Made by a program: the position numbers and the translations under genes. From NCBI GenBank assembly GCA_965247995.1, contig OZ252041.1:728377-792376 (forward strand): a stretch of DNA of 64,000 bases, in the 5' to 3' direction. A model generated the notes under the pieces. It saw only the letters and a program-made list of their open reading frames with translations. It was not told where the DNA came from and did not search any database. The stretch comes from Dehalococcoidia bacterium (GTDB lineage Bacteria; Chloroflexota; Dehalococcoidia; UBA6926). Below, piece by piece: positions 28,311 to 37,140 of the stretch (the first letter of the stretch is position 1; the number at the start of each line of letters is the position of its first letter).

Positions 28311-29378
28311 ATGACGACGACATCGCAGGGAGACCGGATCAACGTTGGGATCATTGGCGCGGGGGCGAACAGCCGTTTGCACCACATCCCGAAGCTGCAG
28401 GCAATCGAGGGTGTTGAGGTGGTGGCGGTGGCGAACCGCTCTCTGGAGTCGGGGCAACGGGCGGCGGAGGAGTTTGGGATTCCGACCGTGTTCGATGATT
28501 GGCGTTCCCTCATAGAAGATCCCGACATAGACGCGGTATGCATCGGGACGTGGCCATATCTCCATGCGCCGGCGACGATCGAGGCGCTGGAGGAAGGAAA
28601 GCATGTGCTGGTGGAGGCGCGGATGGCGATGGACGCGTCGGAGGCGCGGGCGATGCTGGACACGTCGTTGCGGAACCCGAGTTTGGTGGCGCAGGTGGTG
28701 CCATCGCCGTACACGTTCCGAGTTGACCGGACGATCGAGGACCTGATCGCGGAGGGTTACCTGGGGTCGGTGACGGCGGTGGACGCGCGGATTCTGGGGT
28801 CGGGGGTGGGGAACGTGGGGTTCCCAGACTTCGGCGGGCCGCTGCACTGGCGGCAGGACCGGAACTTGAGCGGGTACAACATTCTGGGTCTAGGGATCTG
28901 GTACGAGGGATTGTTGCGGTGGTTGGGTCCGGCGTCCGACGTGACGGCGATGACGTCGATTACGGTCCGGCAGCGGACTGGGGCGGACGGGCGGCCCCGG
29001 ACGGTGACGGTCCCAGACCACGTCGACGTCGTGTACCAGTTAGCACGGGGGGGCCAGGTGAACGTGTCGTTGAGCGCAGTCGCGGGGTTCGGTCCGCCCG
29101 GGGAAGTCTATCTCTTCGGGACGGAGGGGACGTTGCGGCTGGAGGTGAGCGGGATGCGCTTATCCGGGGGCCGGCGGGGCGACGAGGGGTTGTCGGAGAT
29201 TGAGATTCCGGAGGAGAAGCGGGGTGAATGGCGGGTGGAGGAGGAGTTCATCAACGCGATCCGTGGGGTGGAGCCGGTGCGGTACACGACGTTCGAGGAC
29301 GGCGTGGCGTACATGGAGTTCACGGAGGCGGTGACGCGGAGCGCGCAGACGGGGCAGACGATCGCGTTGCCTTTGTGA
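28311..29378 (+). CDS. Gfo/Idh/MocA family oxidoreductase
   Basis: Track ORF is trimmed to ATG 28311 (AGGAG upstream). Motifs INVGIIGAGANSRLHHIPKL and EKP-like VLVEARMA. Confidence 0.85.
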   Translation: MTTTSQGDRINVGIIGAGANSRLHHIPKLQAIEGVEVVAVANRSLESGQRAAEEFGIPTVFDDWRSLIEDPDIDAVCIGTWPYLHAPATIEALEEGKHVLVEARMAMDASEARAMLDTSLRNPSLVAQVVPSPYTFRVDRTIEDLIAEGYLGSVTAVDARILGSGVGNVGFPDFGGPLHWRQDRNLSGYNILGLGIWYEGLLRWLGPASDVTAMTSITVRQRTGADGRPRTVTVPDHVDVVYQLARGGQVNVSLSAVAGFGPPGEVYLFGTEGTLRLEVSGMRLSGGRRGDEGLSEIEIPEEKRGEWRVEEEFINAIRGVEPVRYTTFEDGVAYMEFTEAVTRSAQTGQTIALPL

Positions 29379-29428
29379 CGTGAGTTGGGAGGAGATAAGC
29401 ACGCATGTGCTAAACTAAGAGCACTGTT

Positions 29429-30358
29429 GTGTTGATTGGAGGCCCGATAGATGGCGCGGGGGGAAGAGGCGGGAGAAGCGATATGCGGAGGGATTGGAGG
29501 GGCGAACGCGACTGGTGGTTAGACCACTTCTTCCAGTGGCAACCGCGCAACCGGCGTAGTTCGAACCTTCCGGGCTTGAACAAGGGGGACCACGTAGCGG
29601 TACCTCTCCCGTTCAACTTGCCGACACCCCTAGCTGAACCATGCCTGGCCTGGCGTTGGGGGCTCGATCGGAGTGGGTACGGCAGGCTGCGAAACAAGGG
29701 TGCTCACGTCGTGGCCTATGAACAGACTCGCGGTAAGCCAGTTGACTCCGGTTTATTTGTACTGCATCTGTGCCATCGACCGTTTTGCGTCCAGCCGGCG
29801 CACCTTTATGCGGGAACGACCAAGCAGAACTCCGAGGACACGCAAGCCGTGCACTCCGAGTTGCACACGTACCGGACATGGGCAGTGTTGGGTGATCGTT
29901 ACGACCGGGCCCTCAACGAGCATCGCTATCCAGCTCCCCTCGTGGAAGGATCGTCTCAAGGTATGAGTCCTCGGGAAGCTCGAGGCTGCCCACATTGGTT
30001 CGTACGGCCTGCGCGTGGCGCGAGGTCATGCGCTAACTGCGGCGAGATGAGCGCGGCGTCCCTCTTTAGCGGTCATCGAGACGCCTGTTCCTTTTATGAG
30101 GCGAGCCCGACCCGACCCTGCCGTTGCCAGACCGACCCCTGTTGCTGCAAGGGTTGTTTGGCATTGCTGCTCGGCCCAGCGCAACGTGCTTATGAGAGCG
30201 ACGGCAACCCCATCGAAGGCCCGTTGTTCGATGGCATACCTGCCGCGCTGGACGAAGACGCACCGCTACCGAAGGCGGAGGCACAACGCATACGAGGTTA
30301 TTTGATGGCAATGGCGGGTTTGGGCGGTCGACGTGGAGAGGTGGGAACCAGTCAATAA
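29429..30358 (+). CDS. HNH endonuclease with Cys-rich C-terminal extension
   Basis: CLAWRWGLDRSGYGRL...GAHVVAYE...G.....VLHLCHRPFCVQPAHLYAGTTKQNSED is the HNH_3-type core. The C-terminal half has about 12 Cys (CPHW...CANCG...CRCQTDPCCCKGC). The start is uncertain (GTG 29429 or ATG 29483). Confidence 0.7.
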   Translation: MLIGGPIDGAGGRGGRSDMRRDWRGERDWWLDHFFQWQPRNRRSSNLPGLNKGDHVAVPLPFNLPTPLAEPCLAWRWGLDRSGYGRLRNKGAHVVAYEQTRGKPVDSGLFVLHLCHRPFCVQPAHLYAGTTKQNSEDTQAVHSELHTYRTWAVLGDRYDRALNEHRYPAPLVEGSSQGMSPREARGCPHWFVRPARGARSCANCGEMSAASLFSGHRDACSFYEASPTRPCRCQTDPCCCKGCLALLLGPAQRAYESDGNPIEGPLFDGIPAALDEDAPLPKAEAQRIRGYLMAMAGLGGRRGEVGTSQ

Positions 30359-30362
30359 AGCG

Positions 30363-30507
30363 ATCAGGAAGCTGGAGAGCGTCGACCTGCAGACTGTGTA
30401 GGCGAACGAGGCCAGGGACTTCACATTGGTGCTAGCGGGATAGGAAAACCTGGACAAACGGGGTAGCTCGTTGGGCTTGGAGTTAGATGTCGGAATCAGC
30501 ACAACGG
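30363..30507 (+). pseudogene. Stop-riddled relic of the N-terminus of a NucS-like/DUF4268-type PD-(D/E)XK nuclease gene
   Basis: Hand translation: IRKLESVDLQTV*ANEARDFTLVLAG*ENLDKRGSSLGLELDVGIST. It matches the family N-terminus as I remember it (..L..V.L..VW..EA.DFTPWLA.ENL..LG..LGL.LEL...E), with TAG where Trp is expected. It is cut off by the 3' end of the convergent gene. Confidence 0.5.
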
Positions 30508-31335
30508 CTACCGATCCCCGGCCACATCTGCAAGCGCCGCTTTCAGCACCTGGAAGCAGAGTTTGGCAGTGTGTTCATCGGGCTTGAAGTTCGAGACCAC
30601 CTGCTCGTAAGGGTGTATATAGTTCCTGAAAACTCGTAGCCCATGGCTGAACCGCTGGACATCTGGTTTCAGGAGGCCGATGTCAGAAGCTACATCGATG
30701 AATTCCGCCAACGACCACTCAGGAAATTGTTTTACCTTGCGGTCACGCGATTTGGGGCTAGCCGGTGAACGATTGAACCTCTCGGGATCACGTTGAGCCG
30801 CCCCGAGCAGGACACCCTCCAACACACTGCCACATAGGAAGATTACCGATAGGTGAGCTCTTACGGCCAAAGCCTCATGAGCTTCTTTCAAGCGGTCTTC
30901 GATGATTTCGGCCACCGCGGGCGTGACGGGTAAGAGATGAACATTCGGTACTTTGAAATCCTCGTTTAGGAGATTCTCGACCGTCGACGTAGTGCCGCAG
31001 CGGGATGGTCTGGACAGCCTAGCAACGATCTGACGGGACTTCGCGAGGAGGCTGGTATTCAATTCTCTGCCGCTCGACTCGCAAACCGCCTCGTATACGT
31101 CAAGCGTTTCGGACAGAACAGCTCCAACAAGTTCGTCAGATTCTGATTCCCAAAACGCGCGGAGTTTTTTGGCCTTAGAGGTCCCATAGGTCCGATATTT
31201 ATGGCCGTGAATATCCAAACCGTGGCGCTTAAAGAGCTCTTCAAATTTGCCGTTATCGAATTCGAGAACGTAGCCTCCGACCATGTCCAGGATCTTTTCC
31301 AGATAGTGTTTGTCAGCTGACGTAAGGCTGCTCAT
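30508..31335 (-). CDS. HEPN-like / AbiJ-like protein (275 aa)
   Basis: Track ORF 30508..31986 is trimmed to ATG 31335 (MSSLTSADKHYLEKIL...); the upstream part is a low-complexity frame overlapping the neighbouring gene. The C-terminal helical domain ends in GLRVFRNYIHPYEQ (R-x6-H / RN..H, HEPN-type motif). The N-terminal KFEELF...GTSKAKKLRAFWE region resembles helper domains seen on Abi/HEPN proteins. The CDS call is firmer than the functional call. Confidence 0.6.
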   Translation of the reverse strand: MSSLTSADKHYLEKILDMVGGYVLEFDNGKFEELFKRHGLDIHGHKYRTYGTSKAKKLRAFWESESDELVGAVLSETLDVYEAVCESSGRELNTSLLAKSRQIVARLSRPSRCGTTSTVENLLNEDFKVPNVHLLPVTPAVAEIIEDRLKEAHEALAVRAHLSVIFLCGSVLEGVLLGAAQRDPERFNRSPASPKSRDRKVKQFPEWSLAEFIDVASDIGLLKPDVQRFSHGLRVFRNYIHPYEQVVSNFKPDEHTAKLCFQVLKAALADVAGDR

Positions 31336-31516
31336 GCGCGAATACCTATTCCTCTTTACGGGGTACTGCTCTCCTAACCACGACCGCCTCTGGCAAACAG
31401 AGCGTCTCGCGGCTTGGCAAACATTGGGGCTCGACTGGTGTTCCTGCACGTTGTCGGGGCCGAGGGTGTCATCGAAGTCGTAGATGAGATGGCCATCGGT
31501 GTGAGTCGGGGGGGCA

Positions 31517-32737
31517 TCAGGCGACCGGGGGCTCGAAGTGCTTGCGGACTTGGCCTGTGCCGACGAACTGGGAAAGTAGGCGGTAGTTGTCGCGCTCGTA
31601 GCGGACTCTGCCGGCGACGATGGCGGGGTGGACCGCGAGCTGGTGGGCAAGGGCGATGACGAGCATGGGGGTCGGGTCATCCTGGACGCCGCTGGTCTCC
31701 CACACGTCCTGCGGGATGAGGGCCTCTCGGGCCCGGCTATCGGCCTCGGCCTCCTGACGGTCCTCTTGGCTTTGGAGGTTGAGGTCGTCGACGAACCAAT
31801 CGTCACCGCTGCCGTCCTTGTCCAGGTGGAAGCCGACGTGGACGAGTTCGTGCAACAGGGAGAACCAGAAGTGGTCGATGCGGTCGTACCGCAGGGTGAG
31901 GCCGATAACCGGGTGACCATCGATGAACGACAGGGCGGCGCCGTCGAGGTGGGTCCTGGGAAGGTGGTGCTCGACTTCGAGGGCAATGGCGTGCTCGGCG
32001 AGGAACTGCTTCGCGCGCCACGGGCCGTCCTCGGAGGGGCTGAGCCGCGCCACCTGCTGGAGGAAACCGGGCGTCACCGTGCCGGGTTCGTAGACCGCGC
32101 TCAAAGGGTGTTCGTTGGCCACGGCGAGCACGCGCCAGCACCAGGCCGTGAGCGCGTACGCGTCGGTCTTGGCATTCATACGACGTTGGTCGTTCTTCCG
32201 GTAGAGGGCAGGAGCCGCGACGTTCGGTCCACCGGCGCGCTGAAACAGACCACTGAGCAGCTCTTCTGCGCGGCTGGCCAGCTTGGGCACGTCGGGGATC
32301 CACCCTCGTTTGGCCATCTCTTTGATGGGGAACCGGCCCCAGTCGATGTCCTCGACGGCGCTGTCGTCCAACGATGCGCCCGGCGTCTGGATCAAGACAT
32401 CGGCGGGGATGCCCAGGTGTTCGTGAAGCGCGCGGGCCATGGACATGGTGATGGGGCGCTTGCCGGCGAGCACCTCCGAGACCTTGGCGCGGCTCCCGAT
32501 GAAGGGGACGAGGTCGCGGGGTTTCAGGCCAGCCTGGTCCATGCGGAACTCGATGGCGGCGATGGGGCTGGGGAGTCCGACGGGGAAGTGCTTGTCCTCG
32601 TAGAGCTCAACGAGGTCCGTAAGAACATCGAGCTCGTCGGCCTCAGCGGCGCCGCTCTCCGCATGGAAGATCTGATCGATGCGCGCGAGCGCGGCCGCGT
32701 AGTCTTCCTCCGTACGGAGCGGCTTGACGTCAACCAC
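31517..32737 (-). CDS. higA: HigA-type HTH antitoxin fused to an ImmA/IrrE (COG2856, M78) zinc metallopeptidase domain
   Basis: 406 aa. The N-terminus KPLRTEEDYAAALARIDQIF...DVLTDLVELYEDKHFP...AIEFRMDQAGLKPRDLVPFIGSRAKVSEVLAGKRPITMSMARALHEHLGIPADVLI is a HigA partner of HigB. The C-terminal half has HELVHVGFH (HExxH) and EAEADSRAREALIP, characteristic of ImmA/IrrE. Confidence 0.85.
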   Translation of the reverse strand: MVDVKPLRTEEDYAAALARIDQIFHAESGAAEADELDVLTDLVELYEDKHFPVGLPSPIAAIEFRMDQAGLKPRDLVPFIGSRAKVSEVLAGKRPITMSMARALHEHLGIPADVLIQTPGASLDDSAVEDIDWGRFPIKEMAKRGWIPDVPKLASRAEELLSGLFQRAGGPNVAAPALYRKNDQRRMNAKTDAYALTAWCWRVLAVANEHPLSAVYEPGTVTPGFLQQVARLSPSEDGPWRAKQFLAEHAIALEVEHHLPRTHLDGAALSFIDGHPVIGLTLRYDRIDHFWFSLLHELVHVGFHLDKDGSGDDWFVDDLNLQSQEDRQEAEADSRAREALIPQDVWETSGVQDDPTPMLVIALAHQLAVHPAIVAGRVRYERDNYRLLSQFVGTGQVRKHFEPPVA

Positions 32738-32739
32738 GA

Positions 32740-33033
32740 TTACACCTCCCCGGCGTTAACGCGGTTGTATTCCGCGTGTGTGTCGACGAACCGGATGTAG
32801 ACGATCCCGGCTTGGTAGTTGACCCTCACGACGAGGCGGTAGTGGTTGCCCTTGATCCGGAAGACTAGGCGGTCGTCGCCAACGACGCTGGCGCGAGGCC
32901 AGAGTGCGAGGACGCTCGTAGGGGTAGTCCAGGACTGTTCGACCACCGACTTGTACCACGCCTCGAGTGGTTGTTTGGCGTCAGCATGTCGCTCCCAACA
33001 CTCGATCAGGGCTCTCTTGGAGATGATGCGCAC
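32740..33033 (-). CDS. higB: Type II toxin HigB (RelE-superfamily mRNA interferase)
   Basis: 97 aa. (M)RIISKRALIECWERHADAKQPLEAWYKSV....W..P.......P.ASVVG.DRLVFRIKGNHYRLVVRVNYQAGIVYIRFVDTHAEY is a near-textbook HigB pattern. GTG start. It ends 2 nt before higA. Confidence 0.85.
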   Translation of the reverse strand: MRIISKRALIECWERHADAKQPLEAWYKSVVEQSWTTPTSVLALWPRASVVGDDRLVFRIKGNHYRLVVRVNYQAGIVYIRFVDTHAEYNRVNAGEV

Positions 33034-33116
33034 TGGGCGTTGGTGAGTCTCCTAACATTGAGCCATAATACTACGTTCCCAAAATGTACCGAGGCAATGC
33101 GATCCCAACAAGCATC

Positions 33117-33144
33117 GGGGCCGGCTCCTGTGGGAGCCGGCCCC
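33117..33144 (-). terminator. GC-rich hairpin downstream of the acyl-CoA dehydrogenase operon
   Basis: GGGGCCGGCTCC-tgtg-GGAGCCGGCCCC, a perfect 12-bp stem, 31 nt after the stop at 33175. On the minus strand it is followed by GATGCTTGTTGG (only moderately T-rich). Confidence 0.5.
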
Positions 33145-33174
33145 GAATCGGACCTACTTGTGCGGTGAAGAGGT

Positions 33175-34315
33175 TTAGATCTTCATCGCCCTGGCGACGC
33201 GCTCGCGGTGGTAGTCGCCGTCGCCGAAGGAGACTTCCCACGCCTTCAGGCGGCGGGTGAAGAGCTGCAGGTCGTGTTCCTGGGTGAACCCGATCGCGCC
33301 GTGGCACTGGTGCGCGGTGGCGCTCACGCGAGCAGCCGAGTCGCTGACCCACGCCTTGGCGGCGGATACCTCGAGGTCCGACGGCAGGTCTTCAGACAGC
33401 CGCCAGATGGCCTGGTAGGTAATGAACCGGGAGCCGTCGACGTCGGTGGCCATGTTGGCACAGTAGTGCTGGATGGCCTGGAAGCTGCCGATCGGGCGCC
33501 CGAACTGCACGCGGTTCTTGACGTACTCGACGGTCATGTCCAGGACTTCCTGTAGCGCGCCGACCATCTGGCAGGAACGAAGCGCTGCACCCTTCTGGAT
33601 GAGGAGCTTGAGGGTGTCCCAGCCCTTGCTGACCTCGCCGACGACGTTGTCGGGCGAGACCTGGACGTTGCGCAGGACGACCTCGCACTGGTTGTCGCTG
33701 GCGATGGTCTTCAGCTTGTCGACGGTGACGCCGGCGGCGTGGGCGTCGACAAGGAAGAGGCTGACGCCGTTTTCTGGGTTGCGGCCCCGGCGGGTGCGGG
33801 CAGCGACGAGGAAGGTGTCAGCGACGTGCGCGTTCTCGACGAACAGCTTGGTGCCGTTGAGGACGTAGTTGTCGCCGGACTTCCTGGCCTCCAGTTGGAT
33901 GCCCTGGGCGTCCAGCCGGGAGTACGGCTCGAGGAGCGCTGGGGTGGCGATCAGGTTTCCGCTGGCGATTCGGGGCAGGTACTCCTGCTTCTGGGCGTCG
34001 GTGCCGGCGTCAAGCAACGCGAGCGTGACGAACGCGGTGTTGAAGAAGGGACCTGGCAGCAAGCCATGGCCGGTCTCTTCGATGAGGATGCCGAGGTCGA
34101 CCAGGTTCTGGCCGGTCCCGCCGTGCTCCTCCGGGATCACGAGGCCGAGCCATCCGACCTGGGCGATCTTCTGCCACAGGTCCTGGGTGAACCCGTTGTC
34201 GTCCTCTTCCATGTCGCGGACGAACGTTCGCGGGGTCTCCTGCTCGAGGAACTCGCGCGCCATTGACCTCAACATTTCCTGGTCTTCAGTAAGCCCTAAG
34301 TCCATTTCCCCTACC
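33175..34315 (-). CDS. Acyl-CoA dehydrogenase family protein (380 aa, beta-like member of a gene pair)
   Basis: Track ORF is trimmed to ATG 34315 (AAGGAGG upstream; MDLGLTEDQEMLRSMAREF...). ACAD fold motifs are present. The C-terminus ...SFGDGDYHRERVARAMKI lacks the YEGT catalytic-Glu motif. Confidence 0.9.
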
Positions 34316-34373
34316 TCCTTGCAGTGTCTTCCCTGATACGATCCGGCGTCTTTCGTCCTGTGCGTGGTTGTTC

Positions 34374-35588
34374 CTAGCGCGGCAATCCAAGCCCGCGCTG
34401 GGCGATGATGTTCTTTTGGATCTCGCGTGTTCCGCCACCGATGCTGACACCGATGCTCTGCCAGCCGCGTACTGGCAGGAAGTTGTCGACTGGGAGCTTG
34501 AAGCCAGTGTTGGTGGGCAGGAGCGTGCCGTAGCCGTCCATGATGGTGGCCATGCCGCGGTACATCTCTTGGAAGAGGGTGTCGCCGAGGGCTTTCACCA
34601 TGGACGACTCCTTCTGTGGGACGAGCCCCTGACTCTGCATCCAGGCGACACGGTAGCACACCATTCGCAGGGCCTCGACCTGGACACGCCAGTCGGCCAG
34701 GCGATTGCGGATCTCGTCCCGGTCGGCGGGTGCGTCGCCACCGGCTCGGCGCACCATGTTCGACCAGTCGAGGAACTCCTCGAGCGTGCGCAGGAGGAGG
34801 GCCGGGCGGCCGATGTTGGAGCGTTCGAAGCTGAGGGTGGTCATGGCGGCGTACCAGCCGCGGTTCTCTTCGCCGATAATGTTGCGGGCGGGGACGCGGA
34901 AACCTTCTAGGAAGAGTTCGTCCCAGCGATGGTTGCCGAGCCCGTCCGGGATTGGGCGAATGGTGATGCCGGGTGCGAGCTCGCCGTTGTCTTCGCGAAG
35001 CTGTCCCAGGAGGTAGGTGATACCGCGGTGCTTGGGCGCCTCCGGGTCGGTCCGGACGAGGATATGGATCCACTCGTTCCGGTAGGTGCCCCAGATCTTC
35101 TGTCCGGTGAGGACGTAGTCATCGCCGTCGCGGACGGCGCGGGTCGTGAGGCTGGCGAGATCGGAGCCGGCGTCGGGTTCGCTGAAGCCCTGTGAGAACT
35201 CGAGGTCGGCGTTGGCGATGCGGGGAAGGAATTGTTCCTTCTGCCAGTCTGTGCCGTGGACCATGAGGACGGGGGCCACGAGGCCGCCACCGAGGGACGC
35301 GGGAGCGTCCTCATAGGCCATGACCTCTCGGTAGGCCACCTGGGTCTCGATCGAGGCGGCCTTGCCGCCGTACTCCTGGGGCCAGTGCATGGTGTACCAG
35401 CCCTGGTCGACGAGCTTCTTGGCGAAGCCGGTCATCAACTCGTGGCCGTGGGCGCGTTCGTTCTCGTCGCCGTGCCACCCGGCGAGGCCGCCGGTCAGAT
35501 CAACGCCGGGATTCTTCCATTCTCGGCGGACGAAATCCCGGGCCTCTTCACGGAGTACCTGGTCCGCCGTCGAAAACTGGAAATCCAT
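34374..35588 (-). CDS. Acyl-CoA dehydrogenase family protein (404 aa)
   Basis: FSQGFSEPDAGSDLASLTTRAVRDGDDYVLTGQKIWGT; C-terminus SIGGGTREIQKNIIAQRGLGLPR. Confidence 0.9.
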   Translation of the reverse strand: MDFQFSTADQVLREEARDFVRREWKNPGVDLTGGLAGWHGDENERAHGHELMTGFAKKLVDQGWYTMHWPQEYGGKAASIETQVAYREVMAYEDAPASLGGGLVAPVLMVHGTDWQKEQFLPRIANADLEFSQGFSEPDAGSDLASLTTRAVRDGDDYVLTGQKIWGTYRNEWIHILVRTDPEAPKHRGITYLLGQLREDNGELAPGITIRPIPDGLGNHRWDELFLEGFRVPARNIIGEENRGWYAAMTTLSFERSNIGRPALLLRTLEEFLDWSNMVRRAGGDAPADRDEIRNRLADWRVQVEALRMVCYRVAWMQSQGLVPQKESSMVKALGDTLFQEMYRGMATIMDGYGTLLPTNTGFKLPVDNFLPVRGWQSIGVSIGGGTREIQKNIIAQRGLGLPR

Positions 35589-35650
35589 TGCGTTTCTCCC
35601 GGTGGTCGGTGTGTGGTGTGGGCGTGCCGCTCATTTGGAGGAGGGCGGCG

Positions 35651-36850
35651 TTACCTGGGCAACTCCAAGCCGCGCGTGGCGATGATGCCGCGCTGCACCT
35701 CCGTGGTGCCACCGGCAATGCTGAGGGTCACGGAGCTGAACGCGCGGTTGTTGAGGAACCCACCGAGTGGCGCAGGGTACTTGTTGTAGGGAAGCAGGTT
35801 GCCGTAGTCCTCGAGGCCGCGGGAGAGGGTCTTGTAGACGCGTTGTGTCTGCTGGTCGCCCCAGAGCTTGGTCATGGAGGCTTCCTTCTGCGGGATGAGC
35901 CCTTGGTTCTGCATCCAAGCAACGCGGTACGAGAGCATTCGCAGGGCCTCGACCTCGATTCGCAGGTTGGCGACTTCAGACCGGAAGCTCGCGGAGTCGA
36001 AGGGGCTGGAGCCGACGCGGCGTTTCATGGTCTGCGTGAAGTTCTGGTAGTCCTCCAGCACGCGGAGGAGGCTGGCAGGTCCCTGGATATTGGACCGCTC
36101 GAAGCTGAGGGTGGTCATGGCGGCGTACCAGCCGCGGTTCTCCTCGCCGATGATGTATCGGGCGGGGACACGAACGTCCTCCATGAACAGTTCGTCCCAG
36201 CGGTGGCGACCGAGGGCATCCGGGATGCCGCGGACGTTGATGCCGGGGAGGTATTCACCTTTGTCGTCCTTTAGGGGAGCCAACAGGTAGGTGATGCCGC
36301 GGTGTTTGGGAGCGTCCTGGTCGGTGCGGACGAGGATATGAATCCAGTCGTTCCGGTAGGTGCCCCAGATCTTCTGTCCGTTGAGGATGTAGTCGTCTCC
36401 GTCGCGGACGGCGCGCGTTTTAAGGGATGCGAGGTCGGAACCGGCGTCGGGCTCGCTGAAGCCCTGGGAGAACTCGAGGTCGGCGCTGGCGATGCGTGGG
36501 AGGAACTCATCCTGCATCCACTTGGGCGCGGTGACCATGAGGACCGGTGCGACGAGGCCACCGCCCAGTGAGGCGGGTGCGCCGGCGTAGGCCATTGCCT
36601 CGCGATAGGCGAGCTGTGTGGTGATGTTTGCGCCGCCGCCACCGTGCTCGGTGGGCCAGTGCATGGTGTACCACTTCTTCTGAACGAGCTTCTTGGCGAA
36701 GCCGGTCGTCGCCTCTTCGGCTTCGGGGTCCGTGTGGTGCCAGTTGATGAGGATCGCGGTGTCGAACTGGTCGCGACCCCAGTTCTGGCGCGTGAACTCG
36801 ATGGCCTCGGACCGAAGGGCGCGATCTTCTACGGAGAATTCAAAATCCAT
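35651..36850 (-). CDS. Acyl-CoA dehydrogenase family protein (399 aa)
   Basis: Trimmed to ATG 36850 (MDFEFSVEDRALR...). FSQGFSEPDAGSDLASLKTRAVRDGDDYILNGQKIWGT; C-terminus SIAGGTTEVQRGIIATRGLELPR. Confidence 0.9.
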   Translation of the reverse strand: MDFEFSVEDRALRSEAIEFTRQNWGRDQFDTAILINWHHTDPEAEEATTGFAKKLVQKKWYTMHWPTEHGGGGANITTQLAYREAMAYAGAPASLGGGLVAPVLMVTAPKWMQDEFLPRIASADLEFSQGFSEPDAGSDLASLKTRAVRDGDDYILNGQKIWGTYRNDWIHILVRTDQDAPKHRGITYLLAPLKDDKGEYLPGINVRGIPDALGRHRWDELFMEDVRVPARYIIGEENRGWYAAMTTLSFERSNIQGPASLLRVLEDYQNFTQTMKRRVGSSPFDSASFRSEVANLRIEVEALRMLSYRVAWMQNQGLIPQKEASMTKLWGDQQTQRVYKTLSRGLEDYGNLLPYNKYPAPLGGFLNNRAFSSVTLSIAGGTTEVQRGIIATRGLELPR

Positions 36851-37140
36851 TGGCGAACTGCCTCCTACCCCTCCAAAACGACAGGCTCCGGCGTGCACAC
36901 AATCTCGATTGTGTTCCGAAGCAAAACCGCGACGTACAGTAGCATTTGCTCGTGATGGAGTAAACGGCCCAGCAGGTTCGAGGCGCTTTCATAGTCGTAG
37001 TGGAGCGAAGGGGTGCAGGTCGTGGGGCCGTCCTTTGCAGTGAGCGCAGGGACGAGGCGAGGGCGTGTTACCGTAATGTGCAATGCCGCGCGGGGCGCGG
37101 CAATTCGGGGCCGCGTTGGCGATAGGTGAGGGAAGGTCAC

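Noticed and set aside
31336-31986. N-terminal 217 codons of track ORF 30508..31986
   Set aside because: Ser/Thr/Pro/Ala low-complexity frame that overlaps the 3' end of the HigA-ImmA gene in another frame. The recognisable protein begins at Met 31335.
34316-35073. N-terminal extension of track ORF 33175..35073 (632 aa); similarly 52185..52841 of ORF 49881..52841, 14404..14712 of ORF 14404..16032, and 7956..8138 of ORF 6417..8138
   Set aside because: The extensions overlap neighbouring well-supported genes, have Arg/Pro-rich composition, and internal starts with good Shine-Dalgarno sequences give family-typical N-termini.
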